Shown piece after piece: positions 20,821 through 30,810 of a DNA stretch of 64,000 nucleotides. The notes beneath the pieces are model-generated. The model saw nothing but the letters and a program-made list of their open reading frames with translations, had not been told where the DNA came from and ran no database searches. The stretch covers positions 62,001 through 126,000 of the IMG/VR virus record IMGVR_UViG_3300005941_000003; one strand, written 5' to 3'. Numbering within the stretch: the first letter of the stretch is position 1; each line of letters begins with the position of its first letter. Position numbers and translations under genes: made by a program.

Positions 20821-21573
20821 TTATCCGATAGTAAATCCTAGTGGCGCTGAACCATCTAGGTAGTTAGTTAGATCAAGTTCTAACTTTTCGATTTCTAATG
20901 CTGCTTCGTTTTTCAACTCGACACCATTCAGTGTAACACCACCCTGTGCGCCGGGAAGTGTTGAGAATTTTGATCTTGCTTCGCCAAGCATTTTTTTACA
21001 GTATGCATATGCATAATCGCGCACCCATGACTTTGTATATGGATCCATCAATAGTTGATCGTCTGGGCGTTCCAAGAATACATGTAGAAGAACAATCTGA
21101 TCGCCACGCATTCTACGCATAAGTTTTAATTTTTTTGTAACAGGATTCCAAAGAAAGCCAATTTCTGTCGCAGCAACACGATTTAAACTTTCGCGATATT
21201 GTGAGAAGAAATCATATGTTGCGATGCCACCAATGTTGTTATTCATGAAGAAATAAGAGTTTGCATACGCAAGTTCAAATGGATCCATGTCGATACCAGA
21301 AGTGATACCGTTACCAAATGACCTATTCCAAATTTGACGCACTTCAATTATTTCTTGTGGCAGACTGTATTCATCTACATCTTCTTTAAGTTCAATTGCA
21401 TAGAAATCTTCTTCTACTGAATTCTCCGAGCGTTGACGAATTTTACCAAGCGCAATATCAAGAGCCAGATCATAATGTTCTGGATCAAGTTCAATATCAA
21501 TCATACCATCGCCAAGCAACAGTCTGATTTGTTTGATTACGTCATTCTTAATTTTATTACGATTTTGTGGCAT
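20821..21573 (-). CDS. gp13: Neck protein (gp13-like)
   Basis: 'WVRDYAYAYCKKMLGEARSKF..LPGAQGGVTLNG' motif; late promoter at 21593-21602. Confidence 0.88.
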   Translation of the reverse strand: MPQNRNKIKNDVIKQIRLLLGDGMIDIELDPEHYDLALDIALGKIRQRSENSVEEDFYAIELKEDVDEYSLPQEIIEVRQIWNRSFGNGITSGIDMDPFELAYANSYFFMNNNIGGIATYDFFSQYRESLNRVAATEIGFLWNPVTKKLKLMRRMRGDQIVLLHVFLERPDDQLLMDPYTKSWVRDYAYAYCKKMLGEARSKFSTLPGAQGGVTLNGVELKNEAALEIEKLELDLTNYLDGSAPLGFTIG

Positions 21574-21630
21574 TGTTTATCTCCGTTATACGGTATTTAT
21601 CAGTATTTCCAGATATGGTTCCAGATATGG

Positions 21631-21655
21631 AAAACCCACGCTTCGGCGTGGGTTC
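21631..21655 (-). terminator. Intrinsic terminator closing the two-gene cassette at 21664-22690
   Basis: aacccacgc/gcgtgggtt 9-bp stem with a T tract on the minus strand. Confidence 0.75.
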
Positions 21656-21663
21656 AATATGAC

Positions 21664-22224
21664 TTATTGTGCAGGATTATCTTCTGGTATTTTAACGAAA
21701 GAATCCAAATAACCGATTTCAAACTCTTCGGTAATAATTCCGCGCTCAACTAAATTGCCGTGAATCGGAATATCCATTTCTTCTGGCGCCGTATTTAACA
21801 TAAGAGCCGAAATACCTTTTGACTGCGCTGCGTATGCAAGAGTACCTTCAAGTAAAATTTCATCATTGTATGAATGGCTGCCTGTAGCAGTTTCAACTAG
21901 GAATGAATTTTCTGAAAGATATGATACGACCGGCTCGTATGCATTTACGAATGAATCGCGAGATTCTGCGTCATTGAATTCTACATACACCGCCCATAGG
22001 CCTGGTGAAAGGAACTGTAACTGATCTTCTGGTAAATCAGCAGAAGGTTGTTCCGCATGTTTGAACGCTTCTACTAAACCGTTAATTCCTGCAATTTCTG
22101 AAAAGTTAGGAACTGTTGCCCCGCTCATTTTTTCAATATGATTTGTTGTCGCATCTCCTATTTTCGGACAGGTTTCCTCTGATCCAAAACTAAGTGTTAA
22201 CGAGTAATAATACATTGTATTCAT
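21664..22224 (-). CDS. Hypothetical protein
   Basis: 186-aa ORF with GGAG RBS. Confidence 0.7.
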   Translation of the reverse strand: MNTMYYYSLTLSFGSEETCPKIGDATTNHIEKMSGATVPNFSEIAGINGLVEAFKHAEQPSADLPEDQLQFLSPGLWAVYVEFNDAESRDSFVNAYEPVVSYLSENSFLVETATGSHSYNDEILLEGTLAYAAQSKGISALMLNTAPEEMDIPIHGNLVERGIITEEFEIGYLDSFVKIPEDNPAQ

Positions 22225-22261
22225 TATTTTTCTCCAATATGTTTTTGATTAACAGCCTCAG

Positions 22262-22690
22262 TTAAGATACTCGCTGCATACCATTAATTTCTTTGTTGAT
22301 GTAAAATGTTTTCAAATCTTCCAAGTAATCTAAACCAAACTTAAAAAACACATCAAAGCTGACGACAGTAGAAAAAACAGGCTCAAACGATACAATATGT
22401 CCATTTTCTACAGCCCATGCAACAAATTTCTGTATTGCACCTTCAAAATTATTGATATCTCTTGTATTGTTATAATCAATAAAGATACCATATTCAGCAG
22501 TATCTCGGTTAATAAATGTCCTTACTTCGTTGAACACATAACCCTTTGCCACTTTTGTACCAATGTCGTTAGTTTCTGCAATATGCTCATCCATCCATTC
22601 TAGTAATTGAACGTGTGCATTTTCATTATAATTTGCAAATTTATCCGCATCGCATACAATGCGGTAAATACCATATGATTTGTTAAACAT
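22262..22690 (-). CDS. Hypothetical protein, possible distant paralog of 21664-22224
   Basis: 142-aa ORF with AGGAG RBS and late motif TGATAAATAG at 22735-22744. Confidence 0.7.
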   Translation of the reverse strand: MFNKSYGIYRIVCDADKFANYNENAHVQLLEWMDEHIAETNDIGTKVAKGYVFNEVRTFINRDTAEYGIFIDYNNTRDINNFEGAIQKFVAWAVENGHIVSFEPVFSTVVSFDVFFKFGLDYLEDLKTFYINKEINGMQRVS

Positions 22691-22741
22691 ATTTATCTCC
22701 TTTTGTACACGATTTTATGTACATTGTTCTCTATCTATTTA

Positions 22742-23992
22742 TCAGAAAACTTTGAGGATAAGTGTTTGATCATTGAACCGCCCGTTCATTTTTGTTTCAA
22801 CCGACTTAATAGCATCGAACTCTTTTTGCAAAGATTTACGTGCAATTCGCTTGAAGGCAGTTAACTGTTCTGCTGGTTTGCGAAGTGTTTTCTGTACACT
22901 CTTATGTTCGTCAAATCCGGTAAGCGATGTCCCTTTGATATTGAAGCCAGATTCATCAATTGCGACATACACGCCGAGTTTACGTGTTTTTGTGTTATAT
23001 ACAATTGCTGCTACTGCACCCAAAAGATCAATTGGCTTTACACTGACCGATTTAGTATCGTCGTGGCTCTCGCAATATTTAAACTTTGCTACTAGCTTTT
23101 CTTTGCTTACTGGTTTCTTTTTACGTGGCGCACGTGCTACTTTACTTTCTTGTGCAATCATGTCACATGCATCAATAATGCTACGATACATTTCTAGAAG
23201 TGCTTGTACTTCTGGCTTTTTAAAATGGCGATAACCTTCTTTCAGTTGTTCATAATCTTCTTTCTTTGCATCGTTCATACGCTTGGGAGGATTAAGAAGT
23301 TCGTTGATTTCTTCATATTCACGAATGTAGAACCCTTTAATTTTGTTGGCGTGCATTCCTTTTGCTTCTACTTTGCGAAGCATTGTAACTGGATCGAACG
23401 ATTTAAGTGCTGCTTTCGAATAATCGAATTGATTAATGAAATCTTCGATTTCTTCCGTCATTTCTACAGCCTTTTCAAGTAGAAGTTCTTGAATAGAAGG
23501 ACTATATACATCCTTCTTGACTTCTTCTACTTCTTTCTTTTCTTTACGAATTACTGAACCTTCTGCGATAAGTTTCGCAACTTGTTCTTTCACAATTTGC
23601 ACTGCATCGCGCACAGAGTTTTCACTGAGACCGGGCTTGGTTGCCAAATATTCTTTTATGCCACTATGATACGCTGGCATTCCTCGAAGTAGTGATTTTG
23701 CAAGTCCCGCGTATGCAATGCCCACAGAACTATCGGGTGCCGCTTTGGCTGCTGCAATTTCTTCTTTCTTGTATTCATTCCGTTTCATCCAATCTAGAAT
23801 CCACGGTTTACCATCTTTATATGTGTAGAAGTAATTGTAGTAGAAGCCAACACGTGAACGTTCACGATAATACTTCTCTGCACTCCATTTTTCTGCATTG
23901 TCCCACTCAGGTTCGGGACCTGTATACTTTTCGTCAACAAACTTGGGTGTACGGACTGCTTTAGATTTTTTAGAACGCTTCGGGATTGCCAT
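22742..23992 (-). CDS. Hypothetical protein of a type seen in T4-like phages
   Basis: C-terminal 'YNTKTRKLGVY...IKGTSLTGFD...QKTLRKP' domain; own TTGACA-17-TATACA promoter. Confidence 0.7.
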   Translation of the reverse strand: MAIPKRSKKSKAVRTPKFVDEKYTGPEPEWDNAEKWSAEKYYRERSRVGFYYNYFYTYKDGKPWILDWMKRNEYKKEEIAAAKAAPDSSVGIAYAGLAKSLLRGMPAYHSGIKEYLATKPGLSENSVRDAVQIVKEQVAKLIAEGSVIRKEKKEVEEVKKDVYSPSIQELLLEKAVEMTEEIEDFINQFDYSKAALKSFDPVTMLRKVEAKGMHANKIKGFYIREYEEINELLNPPKRMNDAKKEDYEQLKEGYRHFKKPEVQALLEMYRSIIDACDMIAQESKVARAPRKKKPVSKEKLVAKFKYCESHDDTKSVSVKPIDLLGAVAAIVYNTKTRKLGVYVAIDESGFNIKGTSLTGFDEHKSVQKTLRKPAEQLTAFKRIARKSLQKEFDAIKSVETKMNGRFNDQTLILKVF

Positions 23993-24041
23993 GTGTTTCT
24001 CCTGTGTTACGAATCATGTATAACACTAAACGAGGTGTTTG

Positions 24042-24737
24042 TCAAGTTTTTACGAAGTCTGTATTATTATCTAGTTCTCTAACTCGAGGAATAATGTCCT
24101 TTTCAAGTATGTTTATGAGTAGCGCACTGCGAAATTCGTTGCTGTTGTTTGGCATAGTGCTATGTAATGTACGACTATCGTACATCAAAACATCTCCGGG
24201 CTTGGATAGAAATTGCGTACCAGAATCTACAAGCATGTCGTTGTATACGTCTCTAAATTCTTCTAAATCGCGATAATCAATTTTCATGTTACACGATCCG
24301 GGGAGATATGCAGTTGCACCATTTTCTAGAGTAAATTCGTCTAGAGGAATGATGATCTGTACTCCCAACGTTCTATCCACTTTTGAAAATTCTTCAAAGC
24401 GATATGGTGTATCAATATGTGCATAAATTTTTTGAGAGTGAGGTCTTGTTGTAATACAGTCAACTACATGAATATCCCACTCAACACCATCAAAAAACAT
24501 GTTGATAGGTTGTTCTAGACTCCAAACAATTGGCATCCACATTTCTTTTGGAGGCTGTGTTGTCCACCAAACGTTGTATGCACGTTTTCCATCATGAGTA
24601 GCATAATAAGTTCCGTCAACAGCATTTCCACGATGTGCATTCGTATTATCCATCGCCCAAAGTTTGAATTGTTGCAGAAGTTGCGGGGAAAGTACATCAC
24701 GTAGTACAAGATACCCATCAGTCTTTACTGAAACCAT
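24042..24737 (-). CDS. Phytanoyl-CoA dioxygenase (PhyH)-like Fe(II)/2-oxoglutarate oxygenase
   Basis: HxD (AHID), 'PLDEFTLENGATAYLPGS', 'KPGDVLMYDSRTLHSTMPN...RSAL'. Confidence 0.85.
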   Translation of the reverse strand: MVSVKTDGYLVLRDVLSPQLLQQFKLWAMDNTNAHRGNAVDGTYYATHDGKRAYNVWWTTQPPKEMWMPIVWSLEQPINMFFDGVEWDIHVVDCITTRPHSQKIYAHIDTPYRFEEFSKVDRTLGVQIIIPLDEFTLENGATAYLPGSCNMKIDYRDLEEFRDVYNDMLVDSGTQFLSKPGDVLMYDSRTLHSTMPNNSNEFRSALLINILEKDIIPRVRELDNNTDFVKT

Positions 24738-24806
24738 ACGTATGGTCCTCCTTATCATTATACATCTATAATATGATAAATACAGTAATAAGTCAAGGAA
24801 AAATCA

Positions 24807-25802
24807 ATGCCACGTTTAAGTTTATGGAATCCAAGAAAAGGTAACGACTATAAGTTTGTAGACAAGACAGTAAAAGCACACTATGATCATGGTGGCACTT
24901 CACTTCTTGTACACAAATATATTGGTTCAGTTGATGAAAATGATCCAAACTATGATCCTGCAAACCCACCAATTCAAGATTTACTTTTCATGGAAAATCG
25001 TGATCGTAAGTATGACACCGTTGTGTATGATCTACGCGGTGTCTATCAAGTAACGGATCAAGATTTTGAACTTTCACAATTTGGATTTTTCTTAGGTACA
25101 GATCAACAAATTTTCACAGTACACATCAATGATATGGTCGAAAAGATGGGACGTAAACTAATGACAGGTGATGTCATTGAACTTCCACATATGCGCGATG
25201 ATCTTTTACTTGACGAAGATGCACCTGCTGTAAATCAGTATTGGGTTGTACAAGAAGGAACTAAAGGAGCAGAAGGGTTTGATGCAGGATGGTGGCCTCA
25301 TATTTGGCGTGTGCGCTGTAAGCAGCTACAAGACACACAGGAATATGCAGATATTTTTGGCACTGGCGAAGAAGCAGATGATCTTAAAAATCTTCTATCA
25401 TCATATAACAAAGAATTACAAGTAACAGATTCAATAGTCGAAGAAGCAAGACAAAACGTTCCAGGTCGCTACTACGATTACAGAACAAACAATTTGCTAT
25501 ATCTTCCAGATGGTGAGCATCCAGACGATATCGACTACGCAACTGTAGATAGTGGCACTGGTTTCCCTGATGCACCTGCTGAAAATTCATACTTCTTACG
25601 AGTAGATTACACTCCTGCAAGACTATTCCAATACAGAGACAATAAGTGGCTTAAAGTAGAGGACAGTGATGGTGGTTGGGAAGTTGGACACAGACTACAT
25701 CATCAATTCATTAACAACAATGGTACAAGTATTCTTGACGATGGTTCAACAATTGATACTAAAGTTAACTTGTCAAAAGCAGTGAGACCAAAGGTAGACT
25801 AA
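24807..25802 (+). CDS. gp14: Neck/head-closure protein (gp14-like)
   Basis: 'DLLFMENRDRKYD', 'LSQFGFFL', 'GRKLMTGDVIELPH'; late promoter TGATAAATAC at 24774-24783. Confidence 0.8.
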   Translation: MPRLSLWNPRKGNDYKFVDKTVKAHYDHGGTSLLVHKYIGSVDENDPNYDPANPPIQDLLFMENRDRKYDTVVYDLRGVYQVTDQDFELSQFGFFLGTDQQIFTVHINDMVEKMGRKLMTGDVIELPHMRDDLLLDEDAPAVNQYWVVQEGTKGAEGFDAGWWPHIWRVRCKQLQDTQEYADIFGTGEEADDLKNLLSSYNKELQVTDSIVEEARQNVPGRYYDYRTNNLLYLPDGEHPDDIDYATVDSGTGFPDAPAENSYFLRVDYTPARLFQYRDNKWLKVEDSDGGWEVGHRLHHQFINNNGTSILDDGSTIDTKVNLSKAVRPKVD

Positions 25803-25803
25803 T

Positions 25804-27204
25804 ATGCAAACACATTTTTATGACGAACAAATTAGACGCTACATTCTACAATTCATTAGAATGTTCTCGGGTTTCAGTGTGAAGACTGGAAAGAAAATGA
25901 ATGACGGCAGTGACTACTACATTCGCGTCCCTGCAAGATACGGTGACGTATCACGTATGGCTTCAACGATTATGAAGAACAATAGTGAAAACATCGTCAA
26001 TTCTGCACCATTCATTGCATGTTATATTCAAAGTGTACAACCAGATAGACAACGTGTACAAGAACCGTTCTTTACTGATAGCGTGTCAGTAAATGAGCGT
26101 AAATTTGATTCAGTGTCTGGTACATATACAAATGATCAAGGTAATAAATTTAGTGTCGGTAGACTTATGCCAGTTCCATATCTACTAAACATGCAAGTTG
26201 ATATTTGGACATCAAACACCGATCAAAAACTACAATTGATGGAACAGATTCTAGTTCTATTCAATCCGGCATTAGAAATACAACACAACGACAACCCAAT
26301 TGACTGGACTACAATAACAACTGTAGAACTAACTGATATGCAATGGACAAGTCGAGGTATTCCAGCTGGCATCGAAGATCAAATTGACATTGCCACTCTA
26401 TACTTCCAAATTCCGATCTGGATCAACCCACCCGCACGTGTAACAAGACAGAATGTAATTAGAAATATCATTCACAACATCTATACATATACAGATTTAG
26501 ATTCACTAGATTATGACCCAGACGCATTTGAATTCTTCAGCGATCTACAACGAGAAACAAGCGTAGTTGTTACTCCGGGAAATTATGCACTAGATGTGTT
26601 TGAAACTGATGAAGGTGTGTTCTGTAAAATTCTTGAAAATGGTAATTGGGACAATGCAACAACATGGGATACAGTACTTTCAAATTATGGAACACTCCAT
26701 GATGGTATTTCTCGGTTAAGACTAAAATATCACGGAGAATTGGAAGACTTGAACGCAGATGTTATAGGTACGCTAACTGAAACAGACGACCCTACTATAC
26801 TTCAATTTGAAATCGACCGAGATACCTTACCTACGAACACAATCGCATCAGTAGACAGAATTATAGACCCATCAGTTTCGAGGCCTGGGTTCAATGGTAT
26901 TCCACAACCTTCATTGGGACAACGTTATCTATGTTTAGGAGACGCAGATTCTTCTAGCGTTTGGGGAATAGATATTGCAATTAATGATATTATCGAATAT
27001 AATGGTAGTGCGTGGGTTGTTTCGTTTGATGCAAGCGAATTTGAATTACGCGCATATGTAACAAATACATATACCCTACAACAATTCAAATTTGAAAACG
27101 GCGAGTGGAGCGACACCTATCAAGGTATTTACGAAGGTGGTTATTGGAGACTAGAATTACTAGGAACCTTACCAGACGCAGAAATACCATCACCTAATAA
27201 CTAA
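25804..27204 (+). CDS. gp15: Tail terminator/sheath stabiliser (gp15-like) with a C-terminal extension
   Basis: HFYDEQIRRYILQF, PVPYLLNMQVDIWT, EQILVLFNP. Confidence 0.88.
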   Translation: MQTHFYDEQIRRYILQFIRMFSGFSVKTGKKMNDGSDYYIRVPARYGDVSRMASTIMKNNSENIVNSAPFIACYIQSVQPDRQRVQEPFFTDSVSVNERKFDSVSGTYTNDQGNKFSVGRLMPVPYLLNMQVDIWTSNTDQKLQLMEQILVLFNPALEIQHNDNPIDWTTITTVELTDMQWTSRGIPAGIEDQIDIATLYFQIPIWINPPARVTRQNVIRNIIHNIYTYTDLDSLDYDPDAFEFFSDLQRETSVVVTPGNYALDVFETDEGVFCKILENGNWDNATTWDTVLSNYGTLHDGISRLRLKYHGELEDLNADVIGTLTETDDPTILQFEIDRDTLPTNTIASVDRIIDPSVSRPGFNGIPQPSLGQRYLCLGDADSSSVWGIDIAINDIIEYNGSAWVVSFDASEFELRAYVTNTYTLQQFKFENGEWSDTYQGIYEGGYWRLELLGTLPDAEIPSPNN

Positions 27205-27215
27205 AAGAAGAATAA

Positions 27216-27638
27216 ATGATCAAAGCATCCGGTGCATGTATTATAGCAAAAGATACAAAAAGAATATTATTACAACAACGTTCAGATGCAGGATCATATC
27301 CTAGAAACTGGGGATTCTGGGGTGGAAAAGTCGAACCTAAAGAAAATGTATCACAAGCAATGCTACGAGAATTGTCCGAAGAAGTTGGTGATATAGGAGA
27401 CCACATCTTAAAAGTATACCCACTTGATCAGTATCATTCAAGAGACGGCGAATTTAGTTATTACACGTTTGTTGTTGTAGTCGATATAGAATTTATACCA
27501 ATAACAAACTCCGAAACAGGTGGATACGCGTGGTTAGACCGCCAATATTTACCAAAACCATTACATCCGGGCGCAAGACGAACACTTTTCAAAAAAGATA
27601 AAATAAAAATTGTAAAAAACATTATATCTAAACTATAG
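27216..27638 (+). CDS. Nudix hydrolase
   Basis: Nudix box GGKVEPKENVSQAMLRELSEEVG. Confidence 0.9.
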   Translation: MIKASGACIIAKDTKRILLQQRSDAGSYPRNWGFWGGKVEPKENVSQAMLRELSEEVGDIGDHILKVYPLDQYHSRDGEFSYYTFVVVVDIEFIPITNSETGGYAWLDRQYLPKPLHPGARRTLFKKDKIKIVKNIISKL

Positions 27639-27679
27639 TATCACAGTGAAATGTGTAAATACTATAGAGGAGCAACGTA

Positions 27680-28375
27680 ATGGTTAAAGGAATTGTTGAT
27701 CTTAAAAAACAACGATTTATTAGAGACTGTAAAGATTTTCTTAAAACAGGAAATATTACAGACGAATTACGTGCGGCTGTTAACAATTCGTCACCCGGAC
27801 ATATAGATTTTATAAAAAAAGAGTTGGACGCAGAAAGCAAAAAACTTATTGATATTGTAGTAGATAAAGTACGAGAAAAATCAAGAAAAGATTCTACAAA
27901 CCATAGACAAAAAATAAATCTATTATGCCAAAGTGTACTTGATAATCTAGAAACAGAAAGTGATAGATTTAGAATTGATGAAGTTATTCTACGATATCGC
28001 CAAAGTATAAATCCAGTGAAAGCAATTTATTACGATCTGCAAGAAATTATGTTTTTGTATGATGGTAAACCTAAAAACAAACACCATAAGTTTCTAATTG
28101 AAAAATTCTCTAAAGCAGAAGATTTTGGAGAAATGATATTTGCAATTGAGCGTGATTTAGAAGATTTAAAAGAATGTAAAATTCGCATTAAAAAAATTAA
28201 AGACTTGTATAAAATGGCTGGCAACAGTGAATATAGTAAACGAGTATTAGATTTACATAATGAAATGCTACAATGGAAGAAATTGTTTCTTGCATTTCCA
28301 GATTGGGTATCAGAGAACAAGAATGATGATCCGGGTGGTGGATTAGTCGATACTCTACGAAAGTTTTTCACATAA
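27680..28375 (+). CDS. Hypothetical helical protein
   Basis: 231-aa ORF with GAGGAG RBS. Confidence 0.7.
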   Translation: MVKGIVDLKKQRFIRDCKDFLKTGNITDELRAAVNNSSPGHIDFIKKELDAESKKLIDIVVDKVREKSRKDSTNHRQKINLLCQSVLDNLETESDRFRIDEVILRYRQSINPVKAIYYDLQEIMFLYDGKPKNKHHKFLIEKFSKAEDFGEMIFAIERDLEDLKECKIRIKKIKDLYKMAGNSEYSKRVLDLHNEMLQWKKLFLAFPDWVSENKNDDPGGGLVDTLRKFFT

Positions 28376-28407
28376 AAAAGGGAGCGTTTCCGCTCCCTTC
28401 TCTTTTT
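28374..28407. terminator. Bidirectional terminator between convergent operons
   Basis: aaaaaagggagcg-tttc-cgctcccttctcttttt. Confidence 0.75.
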
Positions 28408-28421
28408 GTATTTCAATAAGA

Positions 28422-30698
28422 TCACTTACCTACTTTTACTTCAACAAAGCCAACGCCGCCTTCGATTTTGTTTTCGATTGCGATGCCAACATATGCTGTC
28501 ATGCGTGGATCTGTATCTTCTGACTTCCATACTGTTGCAACACCTGAAATGTCTGATGCAACTAGAATGTCACCTTTACGAACTGTACCAACAACTTTCA
28601 CTGGAACACGACCTTGTAGTGCTACGAATGGGTGTGTCTGTGAGTTACCTGCTTCTGCGTTCATCGCAACCGCTGGTTTTACTGAAACAACGCCTGCGAT
28701 CTTTGTTGACGCATAACCTTGTGCTGCTGTTACTTCCGCTTCACCACCAAACGCTAGAAGTGTACCTTCTTCGTATGGTGCATCCGCTGCATAACGTTCT
28801 GCAAGGTCAGCATACTTTGCGTATGTTGCTGTACCGTTGAAGTTTGTTGCTGTAACTGCTGCAAATGTTGGTGAATCAGTTGTACGAACATGCTGGTTCA
28901 TTGTATCCGCAAATGCGTTGTCTGTATAACGACCATCTAGGTCAACTGTCACTGTACCTGAACCTGTTGTTGCTGTTAGAACACCATTTGCTGTGCTAAA
29001 TGCCAGACCTGTTAGGTATGTGTTTGTATTAGCATCACTTGTTGTAACTGCGATTGTTGTACCGTTATCGCGTGTGAATGTTAGTGTATCGTTTGATACT
29101 GTAACGCCCACAAATGCTGTATCTGGTGCCGCATCTGTAATACCATAACCTGCTAGTGTTGTTGGCTTACCTGTGATATCAGCGAATGCGTGATTATGTG
29201 TTGCGGACGCATATGAACCAGCTGCCTGAATACCTGCTTCTGCTAGAGTATTGTTTACCCATGCAGTGCCGTTCCACTTTAGGATCTCACCTGCTGTGTT
29301 ACTTGTGATAGTTGTGTTGCTTAGTGAGTCTAGTGTGTGGTTGTGAGTTGTATCTGATTTTCCATCTAGTGCTGCCTGTAGACCATCAACATTACCGATG
29401 ATGTGATTGTGTGAATCGTCTGCAACTGCAACTGTTAGAGTTACGTTTGCTGAACCATCGATTGACACTGAACCAGTTGCGTCACCTGCTAGTGAGATAG
29501 TACGTGCTGCTGTCCATTTGTTTGCGTTTGCAACAGTTGTAATTGCTGCGATTGCTGCACTTAGTTCTGCGTCTGTTGCCATTGCGTTTTGGATTTCAGC
29601 TAGTGTATCGTATGCTGCACTTGCACCATTCACTAGGGTTGAAATTGCAGTCGAGATTGCACTGTCAACTTGTGAAGTTGTGTAAAGTGAATCAGTAATA
29701 CCATAACCTGCTAATGTTGTTGGCTTACCTGTGATATTCGCGAATGCATGTGTATGCGAGTCATTCGCAACTACAACTGTGATTGCTGCGTTTGCCGAAC
29801 CGTCAAATGACACTGAACCACTTGCATCACCTGTTAGAGAGATAGTACGTGCTGTTGCAAGTTTACTTGCTGTTGCTGCGTTACCGGTTGATGATACTGC
29901 ATCTGTGATACCATAACCTGCTAGTGTTGTTGGTACACCAGTTAGGTTTCCGAATGCGTGTGTGTGCGAGTCATTCGCGACGGTTGCAGTTAGAGTCACG
30001 TTTGCTGAACCATCGATACTTACTGAACCTGAAAGATCACCGCCTAGTGTAATATTACGTGCTGTTGCCCATTTTGGCGCTGATGCAACTGAGAAGTCCA
30101 ATGTATTTGTTATTGCATCGTGCGTAACTGCAATACCAGATTCTGTATTACCAGAAATCATTTCAGCAACAGTATTTTTGATTTCAGCTTTTGCATTCGT
30201 ACCAAATGTAATACCATTGTTCAGATATAAGTGACCATATACCTTGATTTTGTCATATGAAGAGTTACCTAGGTTAACGTCTTTTGTGAAGAATGTATCT
30301 TCTGTGATGTAGTTACCCCAATCACGATCATCTTCTGCATCAAGAGAAGACGTATCGATTACGTTACCGTCAACTGTTGCAATACGGTTTGCAATAATTG
30401 AAATGTTGCGCTCTAGATCAGCGATACGGCGAAGGCTTGACTTTGATGATGAGAACACAATATCGTCTGCTGAAACGTCAGTCGTTTCATTCAGAATAGG
30501 TTCCATTTCACCTTTTTTGTTAATTTTGAACTTATAGTTCTTATAATCATCGTCTGCTGCTGTTGGTAGTATTACCGCTAGATCGTTCCACTTACCATCT
30601 TTTGTTACTAGTGATGCAACTGCGTTTTTTTTCTCTATCCAAAGGTCTTTAAGAGACTTTTCAACACCACCAATTTTAAATTTACGTGAGTCTGACAT
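28422..30698 (-). CDS. Tail fibre/whisker protein with HxH repeats and a C-terminal chaperone-like domain
   Basis: 3x ARxIxLxGDxSGSVSxDGSAN, 3x (HTH/HNH)AFxxxTGxPTTLAGYGITD, C-terminal YADLAERY...GRVPVKV. Confidence 0.8.
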   Translation of the reverse strand: MSDSRKFKIGGVEKSLKDLWIEKKNAVASLVTKDGKWNDLAVILPTAADDDYKNYKFKINKKGEMEPILNETTDVSADDIVFSSSKSSLRRIADLERNISIIANRIATVDGNVIDTSSLDAEDDRDWGNYITEDTFFTKDVNLGNSSYDKIKVYGHLYLNNGITFGTNAKAEIKNTVAEMISGNTESGIAVTHDAITNTLDFSVASAPKWATARNITLGGDLSGSVSIDGSANVTLTATVANDSHTHAFGNLTGVPTTLAGYGITDAVSSTGNAATASKLATARTISLTGDASGSVSFDGSANAAITVVVANDSHTHAFANITGKPTTLAGYGITDSLYTTSQVDSAISTAISTLVNGASAAYDTLAEIQNAMATDAELSAAIAAITTVANANKWTAARTISLAGDATGSVSIDGSANVTLTVAVADDSHNHIIGNVDGLQAALDGKSDTTHNHTLDSLSNTTITSNTAGEILKWNGTAWVNNTLAEAGIQAAGSYASATHNHAFADITGKPTTLAGYGITDAAPDTAFVGVTVSNDTLTFTRDNGTTIAVTTSDANTNTYLTGLAFSTANGVLTATTGSGTVTVDLDGRYTDNAFADTMNQHVRTTDSPTFAAVTATNFNGTATYAKYADLAERYAADAPYEEGTLLAFGGEAEVTAAQGYASTKIAGVVSVKPAVAMNAEAGNSQTHPFVALQGRVPVKVVGTVRKGDILVASDISGVATVWKSEDTDPRMTAYVGIAIENKIEGGVGFVEVKVGK

Positions 30699-30810
30699 TT
30701 TTTTCTCCTTATATAAAAGTTTTTCTTAATGCGAGGGTATACTTTGTATCCCATGTTCAGTGTGAACACCTAGGAGGATGTCTAACCCCCTAGGTTTTGA
30801 TTAAGAAATA

